DNA of 64,000 nucleotides from an uncultured Acidobacteriota bacterium (lineage in GTDB: Bacteria; Acidobacteriota; Thermoanaerobaculia; Multivoradales; JAHEKO01), in assembly GCA_963713825.1 (NCBI GenBank), contig CAVQNG010000005.1, positions 384,001 to 448,000 on the forward strand, in the 5' to 3' direction. The notes beneath the pieces were generated by a model, which was not told where the DNA came from, made no database searches, and saw only the letters and a list, made by a program, of their open reading frames with translations. This document shows, one piece after another, positions 56,361 through 64,000 of the stretch. How positions within the stretch are numbered: the first letter of the stretch is position 1; every line of letters starts with the position of its first letter. Both the position numbers and the translations under genes were made by a program.

Positions 56361-57146
56361 CTAGAACTGCACGTGTTGGATGAAGAACTCGGAGGCGTCT
56401 AGCTGGTTGTCGGCCAGTGCCACCGCCACGGCTCGCGTCATGTGGAACTGCCCCGCGCGATCCCGGTCCGAGGTCGAGAGCAGTAGCTCGAAACTCTGGA
56501 TCTGATCCGGGTACCGGTTCAGCAGATGCAGCAGGGTGTCGGCCGCCGCATCGAGGCTGCGAAAGACGGCGGCTTCGGAATTGGTCGTCACTTCGAGGAA
56601 GGCCCGGGTCGGGTCGCTGCCCTGATGGATTTTGGCGCCTTCGATTCCCAGCGTGTGAAGGAAGCGGGTTGCTTCAGCCGAGATCTCCATCTCCGAATAG
56701 GGTGCTCGAGGGAACGTCGTCAAGTCGACGGCACCCGTCTCGATACGTTGGTGGGCAACGTCCGGTGTCGTAGTTGCCTGTCGACGAGCCTGCGGGCGGC
56801 TCAAGGCACTGGAATCGGGCTTCGACGCAACGTCGGTGAGTCGCTGCTCTTTCTGCTCGGTTGGTTTGATCTGAGCCTCGACGAGCTGACCATCCTCCAG
56901 AACGAGAGCCGTGCCGTAGTCGCCGATGTTTGCCTGCTTGGTGCGTGGGATGTCGATCTCGGAAGCTTCGATGAACGTCCGCGTGCCGTTCTGCAGAACG
57001 ATGATGGCTTTGCCTTCCTCGATAAGGTGCTTCTCCTTGGCGATGAGTCGCGAGCCATCCTTGAGATAGATCGTGTAGGCGTTGGCCGGAATCGCCATGA
57101 TGGCGACCATCAGTATGCTGAGCAGAATCGTTAGCTGTCGATGCAT
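56361..57146 (-). CDS. hypothetical secreted protein
   Basis: Signal peptide MHRQLTILLSILMVAIMAIPANA, then YTIYLKDGSRL, with host-like codon usage. Confidence 0.7.
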   Translation of the reverse strand: MHRQLTILLSILMVAIMAIPANAYTIYLKDGSRLIAKEKHLIEEGKAIIVLQNGTRTFIEASEIDIPRTKQANIGDYGTALVLEDGQLVEAQIKPTEQKEQRLTDVASKPDSSALSRPQARRQATTTPDVAHQRIETGAVDLTTFPRAPYSEMEISAEATRFLHTLGIEGAKIHQGSDPTRAFLEVTTNSEAAVFRSLDAAADTLLHLLNRYPDQIQSFELLLSTSDRDRAGQFHMTRAVAVALADNQLDASEFFIQHVQF

Positions 57147-57333
57147 GATCTCTTTCGCGGGCCTGGTTGTCGGCTCGCTCTCCTTGTCTCTTGTTCTATT
57201 CTCGGACACTCTGCCTGGAATCACTGGCGGAATTTGTCACCAACTCGCCTGTCTTTAGCTCTGCTATGATAGCGCGTCCCTGGCCCGGCCGCGAAACCAA
57301 CGGAGCTCGGAAACCTCTCCAGAAAGACAACTT

Positions 57334-58374
57334 ATGCTCGTAGTCATGCGCATGGATGCCTCGCCCGATGAGATCGAGGGCGTGGTGAGCCGGGTCGAGT
57401 CCCACGGTCTGAAGGCGAATGCAATCGCCGGTGCCCAGCGGACGGCCGTCGGCATTACGGGCAATATCGGCGTTGTCGAGCCGGGTTTGTTCGAGTCTCT
57501 GCCCGGCGTGCTCGAGGTCATTCAGGTCTCGCACCCTTACAAGCTCGTGTCGCGGGAATTTCGGGCCGAGAACACGATTCTCGAGGTCGGTGGTGTGGCG
57601 ATCGGTGGTCGGGATCTTCTGATCATAGCCGGTCCCTGTTCTGTGGAGAGTTTCGAGCAGACGCTCCGCATTGCCGAGATCGTCAAGAATTGCGGCGGCC
57701 ATCTCTTGCGTGGTGGGGCCTTCAAGCCGCGCACCAGCCCCTACAGCTTTCAGGGCCTGGGGCTCGAAGCTTTGAAGATACTAGCCAGAGTGCGGGATGC
57801 GACGGGGCTGCCGGTGGTAACCGAGGCTCTGGACATCGACGTGCTGGACGATGTGGCCGAGTATGCCGATATCGTCCAGATCGGAGCCCGCAACATGCAG
57901 AACTACACGCTGCTGCGGCGGGCCGGGCGTTGCGGGCGCCCCGTCCTCCTGAAGCGGGGCATGAATGCGACCGTGACAGAGTTGATGCTGGCTGCCGAGT
58001 ACATCCTCGACCAGGGCAACGAGCAGGTCATTCTGTGTGAGCGGGGCATTCGGACCTTTGCCGATCACACACGCAATACGCTGGATGTCGCCGCGATACC
58101 GGCCGTCAAGAGGCTCAGCCACCTGCCGATCATCGCCGATCCGAGCCATGCCGCCGGCCAGCGTGACAAGGTCCTTCCTCTAGCACGAGCCTCCATCGCA
58201 GTGGGAGCCGACGGCTTGATGGTCGAGGTTCACGACCAGCCGAACGAAGCTCTTTCCGACGGTAATCAGGCTCTCCTGCCCGAACAGTTCATCGAGCTCA
58301 TGGAGGAGATTCGCCTCTTGGCTCCGGTTCTGGACCGCCAAGTTCCGAGCCAGGCGAGTCGACGACCGGTTTGA
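57334..58374 (+). CDS. aroF: 3-deoxy-7-phosphoheptulonate (DAHP) synthase, type I-beta with N-terminal regulatory domain
   Basis: Motifs [46 protein letters not shown] and DPSH. Extended -10 TGCTATGAT at 57262-57270. Confidence 0.93.
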   Translation: MLVVMRMDASPDEIEGVVSRVESHGLKANAIAGAQRTAVGITGNIGVVEPGLFESLPGVLEVIQVSHPYKLVSREFRAENTILEVGGVAIGGRDLLIIAGPCSVESFEQTLRIAEIVKNCGGHLLRGGAFKPRTSPYSFQGLGLEALKILARVRDATGLPVVTEALDIDVLDDVAEYADIVQIGARNMQNYTLLRRAGRCGRPVLLKRGMNATVTELMLAAEYILDQGNEQVILCERGIRTFADHTRNTLDVAAIPAVKRLSHLPIIADPSHAAGQRDKVLPLARASIAVGADGLMVEVHDQPNEALSDGNQALLPEQFIELMEEIRLLAPVLDRQVPSQASRRPV

Positions 58375-59474
58375 AGTCGTCCCCCAGCGCTCTACTCGTG
58401 CTCGAAGATGGGTCAGCCTTCGAGGGCAGGGCAGTCGGGGAGGGGACGAGTTTTGGCGAGGTGGTGTTCAACACCTCGATGACCGGGTATCAGGAGATCC
58501 TCACCGATCCCTCGTACCGGGGGCAGATCGTCGTCATGACCCTGCCTCACATCGGCAACTACGGGGTCGCGAGCTCGGTCGCCGAATCGGCACGGCCGTG
58601 GGTCGAGGGTTTCGTGGCCCGTCAGTTCACCTCCCGCCCTTCCAGTCACGGCAGTGAAGAGGGACTGATCTCCTACCTCCGTCGCCATCACCTGCCGGCG
58701 ATCGACGGGGTCGATACCAGAGCCATTGTTCGCCGAGTGCGAGAACGTGGCGCTCTGCGTGGCGTTCTGACCTCGGAGCGCTCGGACGTCAGTGCCCTGG
58801 TGGCCGAGGTGCAGGAGTATCCCCTCATGGCTGGCCGAGCGCTGGTGGACGAAGTCACTTGCGCCGAGAGCTTCGAGTTGGCTCCCGAAGACCGAGACCC
58901 CGATTTCCACCTGGCGGTGTATGACTTCGGGGTCAAGAGCAACATCCTGAGATCGTTGGTTCGACGCGGGGCGCGGGTCACCGTGTTGCCGGCTCGCACA
59001 CCCTGGCGGCACTGCATCGACCTCGGAGTCGATGGGGTGCTGCTGTCCAACGGTCCTGGCGACCCCGAGCCTCTCGCGGAGGTGATCGAGAATGTGCGCG
59101 GTCTGGTCTCCTCGGGCGTGCCGCTGTTCGGCATCTGTCTCGGCCATCAGCTTCTGGGCCTGGGGGTTGGGGGACAGACCTTCAAGCTGAAGTTCGGCCA
59201 CCATGGCGGCAATCAGCCCGTCAAGGACTTGTCGACCGGGCGCGTTCTCATCACCAGCCAGAATCACGGCTTCGCGGTGGATCCCGATTCCCTGCCGGAC
59301 AACTGCCGAGTCAGCCAGGTGAATCTGAACGACGGTACCGTCGAGGCCTTCGTGGTCGAGAATCGGCCCGTGCTTTCGGCCCAGTATCATCCCGAGGCCG
59401 CGCCTGGACCCCACGACGCAGCCGAGCTTTTCGACAGCTTCTTGCAGACGGTGGTCGAGAGAGTAGCTAAGTAG
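58371..59474 (+). CDS. carA: carbamoyl-phosphate synthase small subunit
   Basis: Motifs GEVVFNTSMTGYQEILTDPSY, DFGVK, SNGPGDP, GICLGHQ, FGHHGGN, SQNHGF and QYHPEAAPGPHD. Confidence 0.96.
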   Translation: MKSSPSALLVLEDGSAFEGRAVGEGTSFGEVVFNTSMTGYQEILTDPSYRGQIVVMTLPHIGNYGVASSVAESARPWVEGFVARQFTSRPSSHGSEEGLISYLRRHHLPAIDGVDTRAIVRRVRERGALRGVLTSERSDVSALVAEVQEYPLMAGRALVDEVTCAESFELAPEDRDPDFHLAVYDFGVKSNILRSLVRRGARVTVLPARTPWRHCIDLGVDGVLLSNGPGDPEPLAEVIENVRGLVSSGVPLFGICLGHQLLGLGVGGQTFKLKFGHHGGNQPVKDLSTGRVLITSQNHGFAVDPDSLPDNCRVSQVNLNDGTVEAFVVENRPVLSAQYHPEAAPGPHDAAELFDSFLQTVVERVAK

Positions 59475-59476
59475 CC

Positions 59477-60733
59477 GTGAGCGCTAGAGGTCGAACATCA
59501 GCCCCGCTCTTGTGGTCCATTGCCTGGCGATTCCTACGCGGTAGGGAAAGCCAACTCTTGACCGGCACGGCTCGCGCGGCCCTGATTGCCACGCTCTTGG
59601 GGGTCATGGCGATGGTGATCGCCATGGCACTGATGACCGGCTACCGGAAGGACTTGCGCCGCAAGCTGGTGCGCGGCAATGCAGCCATCATCGCCTACCC
59701 GATGCTCGGCTCCGACGCGATGGTGGAGGAGGGCGATCGGGAGGCTTTGGAGGCTCTGCCCGGCGTCAACGATGTGCGAACTGTGGTCTACGGGCAAGGA
59801 GCACTGGTCGGAGGTCAGGCGCTCGACGGCCTGGAGGTCACGCTGCGGGGTGTCGATGCATCCACCAAGCTGGCCGACCTCGGTGCCGTCGAGCTCGTGT
59901 CGGATTTCAAGGACGGGGAGAGTCTGCTTCGCGATGGCAGACTGGGCGTCGTTCTCGGTAGCGAGTTGGCCCGCAGATTGGCGGCGGAGCCCGGGGAAAC
60001 CCTGCGCCTCATGGTCCTCGGACTTCATCAGGGGCGGCCGCGCTTCCGCTACCGCAGCGTCGAGCTGGCCGGTGTCTTCACGACCGGCTTCTCGGAGTTC
60101 GATCAGGCGTGGGTGGTGACCGACCGCGACGAGCTGATTCGACTGTCTGGGGGGGAGGCCGGATCTTCGTTGGTGGAGATTGCGCTGGATGATCCAGATC
60201 AGGCGGAGGAGGTGGCTGAGCAGGTGAGGGCTGTGCTGGAGTCGGAGTTTCTGGTCACCCACTGGCGAGATTTGAATCGCGAGCTGTTCACGGCGCTGCG
60301 GGTGCAGCAGATTGCACTGTTCTTCGTTCTGGGCTTGATCGTGGTGGTCTCCACCTTCAATGTCGCTTCGAGCCTGGTTGTCCTGGTACGAGAGAAGATG
60401 CGGGACATCGGTTCGCTGGCAGCGATCGGCCTGGCTCCAGGGGACCTGCGGACGATCTTCCTGCTCTATGGCCTGGGTCTCGGAGCTGTGGGTACGCTGG
60501 CCGGGATCGGCCTCGGAGCCCTTGCTTCCTGGGTCCTGACCCATTTCGAGCTGATCCGATTCGAGCCGGAGCTGGCGGCCATCTATTTCATCAGCTCGGT
60601 ACCCTTCCGAATCGAGCTGCATGACATCCTGGCGGTGACCCTGTTCTCGCTGACAGTCACCGTTGTTGCCTGTTGGGTCCCCGCCCGCCGTGCCGCCTCG
60701 GTCCTTCCTGCCACGGCGCTACGCTACGAGTAG
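59477..60733 (+). CDS. LolC/LolE-like lipoprotein-releasing ABC permease
   Basis: Motifs IAWRFLRG, GVMAMVIAMALMTG, LGSELARRL, GVFTTG, FNVASSL...EK..DIG.L, IYFISSVP and PARRAA...ALRYE. Confidence 0.88.
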   Translation: MSARGRTSAPLLWSIAWRFLRGRESQLLTGTARAALIATLLGVMAMVIAMALMTGYRKDLRRKLVRGNAAIIAYPMLGSDAMVEEGDREALEALPGVNDVRTVVYGQGALVGGQALDGLEVTLRGVDASTKLADLGAVELVSDFKDGESLLRDGRLGVVLGSELARRLAAEPGETLRLMVLGLHQGRPRFRYRSVELAGVFTTGFSEFDQAWVVTDRDELIRLSGGEAGSSLVEIALDDPDQAEEVAEQVRAVLESEFLVTHWRDLNRELFTALRVQQIALFFVLGLIVVVSTFNVASSLVVLVREKMRDIGSLAAIGLAPGDLRTIFLLYGLGLGAVGTLAGIGLGALASWVLTHFELIRFEPELAAIYFISSVPFRIELHDILAVTLFSLTVTVVACWVPARRAASVLPATALRYE

Positions 60734-60740
60734 AGCGGCA

Positions 60741-61210
60741 GGGGTTGAGGCGTCCGGTCGTTTCTCCCGGCCGATCTCTGGGGCTTGAGTCCCGGGTCCT
60801 GAACAGACGACTGTTTTCTTGAAGAGGTCCGTCCGGGTGGTCCGCAGGCGGACGGTGGCAGCTCATCAGACTGCGACGGGCTGGCCGCCACCTCGTCTCG
60901 TCATCGCGCCTCATCTGATGTGTTCTCTCGTGGCCCTTGCGCCGCGCTCGACGAGGCGCCCCCTTTCGCACCACCCGAACGAACCTCTGGCACCATCAGG
61001 GGCATAAGGGCATAGGGCAAATAGGGCGTAGGGGGCGATTCAGGAGCCGGATTCTTGATGTGTCTCGACGGTGGGTAGATCGGGCCATGGGTCTCCCTCG
61101 TCGGAGGGGCATGGTCGGGTGAGGCCGCAGACGAGGGAGATCCCTGGTTCGATCGGCCTCCTCAACCCCCGAGAGGACGCCGTCCCCCGGCGGACTACCC
61201 GGACGGACCT
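60741..61210 (+). repeat. mosaic intergenic repeat, copy H (colinear with copy B, plus terminal inverted module P)
   Basis: Unit at 60741, P at 60824-60859, Q at 60885-60994, octamers at 60997-61036, S at 61057-61158, inverted P at 61176-61210. Confidence 0.92.
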
Positions 61211-61253
61211 TAGCTCACAGGTGGTCGAATTGGGGGAGTGTAGGATTCCTCCT

Positions 61254-62987
61254 GTGACGGAACAGCGAGACTCGGTCGAGATTCAGGGCGACGAGGGTGA
61301 CCGCGAGGCAACGTGGTTGCGCCTGCTGCCGTTGGTGGCGGTGCTGGTGGCCACGGGCCCGCTGTTGCTGTGGGGCTTCCCTGCAGGGCACGACTGGGGC
61401 TGGGAGCTCGTTCGGATCGTCGAGTACCAGGAGGCATTCTCCTCGGGGCAATGGCTGCCCTTTTGGGCTGCCGATCTCTACAGCGGCTGGGGATCCCCGC
61501 TCTTCCTCTTCTATGCGCCGTTGTTCTCGGCCCTCGCCAGTGCCGGATCGGCGACCTTCGGATCTCTCTTGACGGGTCCGACACTGACCCTCGTCGTCCT
61601 GACGATGATCTCCGCCTTTCTCGTCGTGCTCATGATGGAGGCGCTCCCCGAGACGGCAGGTGATCACAAGAAATCCGCAGCGCGAGTGGCCGCCTATGTT
61701 TACATCCTGCAGCCGTATCTGCTCGCCGATCTGTTGATCCGCAACGCCAACGCCGAGTACACGGCGCTCTGTTTGCTTCCGCTGGTCTTCTACGGCGTGT
61801 TTCGGCTACGCGACCAGCCTCTCGTGGGGGCACTGGCTCTGGCTGCGGGTCTGGGTCTCAGCATTCTGGCCCACAACTTGACGGCGCTCATCGCCATGGG
61901 CATGGCCCTGCTCTTGACGGTCGTTCTCTTCCTGCCGACTCGATCGCATCGCCAGCTCGCCTGGGCGGGTGGGGGAGTGGGTCTGGGCCTTCTGTTAGCT
62001 GCCTGGTTCTGGATCCCGGCGCTGACACTCACCGGCCTGGTTCGACCCGAGCTGCTGGTGGAGGGTCGCTACGATTTTCGCGTCAACTTCCTCGACTTCG
62101 GGACCCTATGGGGCTACGGGGAGTATTTCTCGGCCGGACTCATGATACCTGTGATTTTCGTCGCCGGAGTGGTGCTGGCGGCCTCCTCCCGGTTGCAGTT
62201 GAACCCTTGGAATCGCCGTCTCTTCTGGTGCTTCCTCGGTTGCGCCCTCCTCGCTCTGCTGTTTCAGATGGCGGTCAGTCGTCCCGTATGGGAGGTGCTT
62301 CCCTTACTGCCGCTGTTTCAGTTCCCGTGGCGATTGATGGGCCCTCTAGCACTCCTGACAGCGACCCTGGCAGGACTGCTCTTCCTCGGTCTTACGGGTG
62401 GAATGAGGCGGAGGAGCGTGGTGCTACTCGAGCTTCTGGTACTCACCCTGTGTGTTGCGAACGCGTTGCCTCAGCTGCGAGGAGTCCGGTCCTTTTCACC
62501 GCAGGGCAGGGCTTCGTTGGAGGAGAGTCTGACGGCGGAGGCCATTCGCCAAGGGAGACAGAGCGCAACCGGGGTCGACGAGTACCTGCCGGACGGCGCC
62601 GATTTCGCAGCCTGGAAAGAGACGCCCCCAGGAACGCTGCTGTTGAATCCCTCCACCGACCTGAAGGTGCTGGCGATCGAAGAGCAGGGTACCCATATTC
62701 GGCTCGATCTGGAGGCTCTGCGCGAGACGCGAGTGCGTCTGGCGCGATGGTACTTTCCTGGTTGGAGAGCGAGCCTGAATGGTGAGACCCTAGCAGTCGA
62801 ACCTGGTACTGGAGGGGAGATCTCGGTGCTGGTTCCCAAAGGGCGAGGCCATCTCGACATCCTTCTCGAGCCGCCGCGGGTTCGTCAAGTGGCCACCTGG
62901 ATCAGTGCGCTGGCCGTGGTACTGTTCGTGCTCGCTTTCGTCGGGGCGCGTATCCTGCCATGGTTCGAACCGCCTACATCCTCCTAG
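61254..62987 (+). CDS. membrane protein of the 6-pyruvoyl-tetrahydropterin synthase-related / YfhO-like (GT-C-like) family
   Basis: Motifs GHD, PFWAADLYSGWGSPLFLFYAPL, many TMs, QFPWR, EYLP and YFPGW. The GTG start is preceded by TAGGAT 7 nt upstream. The longer ORF call extends into repeat H. Confidence 0.75.
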   Translation: MTEQRDSVEIQGDEGDREATWLRLLPLVAVLVATGPLLLWGFPAGHDWGWELVRIVEYQEAFSSGQWLPFWAADLYSGWGSPLFLFYAPLFSALASAGSATFGSLLTGPTLTLVVLTMISAFLVVLMMEALPETAGDHKKSAARVAAYVYILQPYLLADLLIRNANAEYTALCLLPLVFYGVFRLRDQPLVGALALAAGLGLSILAHNLTALIAMGMALLLTVVLFLPTRSHRQLAWAGGGVGLGLLLAAWFWIPALTLTGLVRPELLVEGRYDFRVNFLDFGTLWGYGEYFSAGLMIPVIFVAGVVLAASSRLQLNPWNRRLFWCFLGCALLALLFQMAVSRPVWEVLPLLPLFQFPWRLMGPLALLTATLAGLLFLGLTGGMRRRSVVLLELLVLTLCVANALPQLRGVRSFSPQGRASLEESLTAEAIRQGRQSATGVDEYLPDGADFAAWKETPPGTLLLNPSTDLKVLAIEEQGTHIRLDLEALRETRVRLARWYFPGWRASLNGETLAVEPGTGGEISVLVPKGRGHLDILLEPPRVRQVATWISALAVVLFVLAFVGARILPWFEPPTSS

Positions 62988-63763
62988 CTCTGCTACTGGC
63001 CCTTGTCGCCACGCCGTCGATGGCGGATTGGCAACAGGCTCCAGCCTTGGAATCGCTGGTCGGTGAGCGTCTGGACTTCACGCTCAAGTGGGGAATCATC
63101 TCAGCCGCCAAGGCGCGATTGGAGATTCTCGAGAGAGAGGACGGCGCCATCATTCTGCGAGCGAGTGCCCGCACCGTTCCCTTCCTGGATGCGATCTACC
63201 CGGTGCGCGAGACGGTGGAGTCGGCGGTGACACCTCCCGACATGCGGGTCCAGCGGTACTTCAAGAGCGGCAAGGAGGGCCGGGGCCCGACTGGCGAGGA
63301 CGAGATCCTGTTCGACTGGGAGCTGAAGACCGCAGTGCACACCCGAGACGGAGAGTCTCGAGACCCGATCGAAGTTCCCGCAGGAGTCCAGGACCCGCTA
63401 TCGAGCTTCTACGCCTATCGCGCGTCCAAGGTCCAGGACTATGGACCTGTGGTCCTCGAAGTTACCGATGGCAAGAAAGTCACGGCCGGAGAGGTTAGGG
63501 TGGTGGGGCGCGAGAAGGTCAAAGTGCCTGCTGGCACGTTCGATGCGGTCATCGTCGAACCCGAGATCGAAGGCGTCGGTGGGATCTTCAAGAAGAGTCC
63601 CAAGGCCAGCATTCGGATCTGGCTGACCGACGACGAATGGCGAACGCCCCTCAAGCTCAGGAGCAAGGTCTCCGTGGGGCACTTCACCGCCGTGCTGACC
63701 AAGATGAGCCGCGACCCGGCCCAAGGCGCCTGGGAAACCAGCGTCCCCCTCGCAGACGAATAA
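62960..63763 (+). CDS. DUF3108 domain secreted protein
   Basis: Signal peptide, GERLDFTLKWG, QDPLSSFY, VKVPAGTF, IWLTDD and PLKLR. Confidence 0.8.
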   Translation: MVRTAYILLALLLALVATPSMADWQQAPALESLVGERLDFTLKWGIISAAKARLEILEREDGAIILRASARTVPFLDAIYPVRETVESAVTPPDMRVQRYFKSGKEGRGPTGEDEILFDWELKTAVHTRDGESRDPIEVPAGVQDPLSSFYAYRASKVQDYGPVVLEVTDGKKVTAGEVRVVGREKVKVPAGTFDAVIVEPEIEGVGGIFKKSPKASIRIWLTDDEWRTPLKLRSKVSVGHFTAVLTKMSRDPAQGAWETSVPLADE

Positions 63764-63783
63764 GCAGCCCCGTTGGGGCTGCT

Positions 63784-64000
63784 GGGTTGAGGCGTCCGAC
63801 CCTGCCCACTCATCCGTCCTGGAGCTTGGGTCCTGGGTCCTGAGATGAGGTCCGTCCGAGTGGTCCGCCGGACGTTCTTTGAGGGCTTGCTGTGGAGGAG
63901 GGCGATCGAACCAGGGATCTCCCTCGTCTGCGGCCTCACCCGACCATGCCCCTCCGACGAGGGAGACCCATGGCCCGATCTACCGCTGTCGAGACACATC
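63784..64000 (-). repeat. mosaic intergenic repeat, copy I (truncated by window edge; S module inverted)
   Basis: The unit at 63784 matches the reverse complement of 13699-13745. A P fragment lies at 63847-63874. 63910-63984 is the exact reverse complement of 13606-13680. Preceded by a hairpin at 63764-63782. Confidence 0.92.

Overview
High-GC, gene-dense 64 kb bacterial chromosomal segment with about 55 CDS. No rRNA, tRNA, CRISPR-cas, transposase, integrase or phage genes were recognised. The gene content suggests a diderm bacterium, plausibly Acidobacteriota (inference only). Most genes are housekeeping or envelope functions: PBP1B, a UvrA paralog, hflKC, dacB, glpX, acyl-CoA dehydrogenases, rsbW/rsbV-like genes, an envC-like gene, ybbP/ybbA/tesA, mazG, dnaK-hspR, a DnaC-like ATPase, a SpoIID-family protein, aroF, carA and a lolC/E-like permease. 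The most unusual signal is non-coding. Seven intergenic regions (7713-8333, 13235-13745, 19438-19762, 53485-53997, 56057-56329, 60741-61210, 63784-64000) hold copies of one modular mosaic repeat family. Its parts are ~45-bp REP-like units (GGGTTGAGGCG-hairpin-TYTTTGRGGGCTTGG) with co-varying stems, shared internal modules, a long strand-biased hairpin (75 bp identical in three copies) and degenerate TAGGGGCN octamer arrays. The copies abut stop codons and show no target-site duplication. Notable protein-level items are a KDDH-type RuBisCO-like protein coupled to a GH127 glycosidase, a luxE-luxC pair without luciferase, an S41 protease homolog lacking its Ser/Lys dyad, a nuclease-DinG fusion and an Sm/LSm-like small protein. 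All calls come from reading motifs by eye; no database searches were run.
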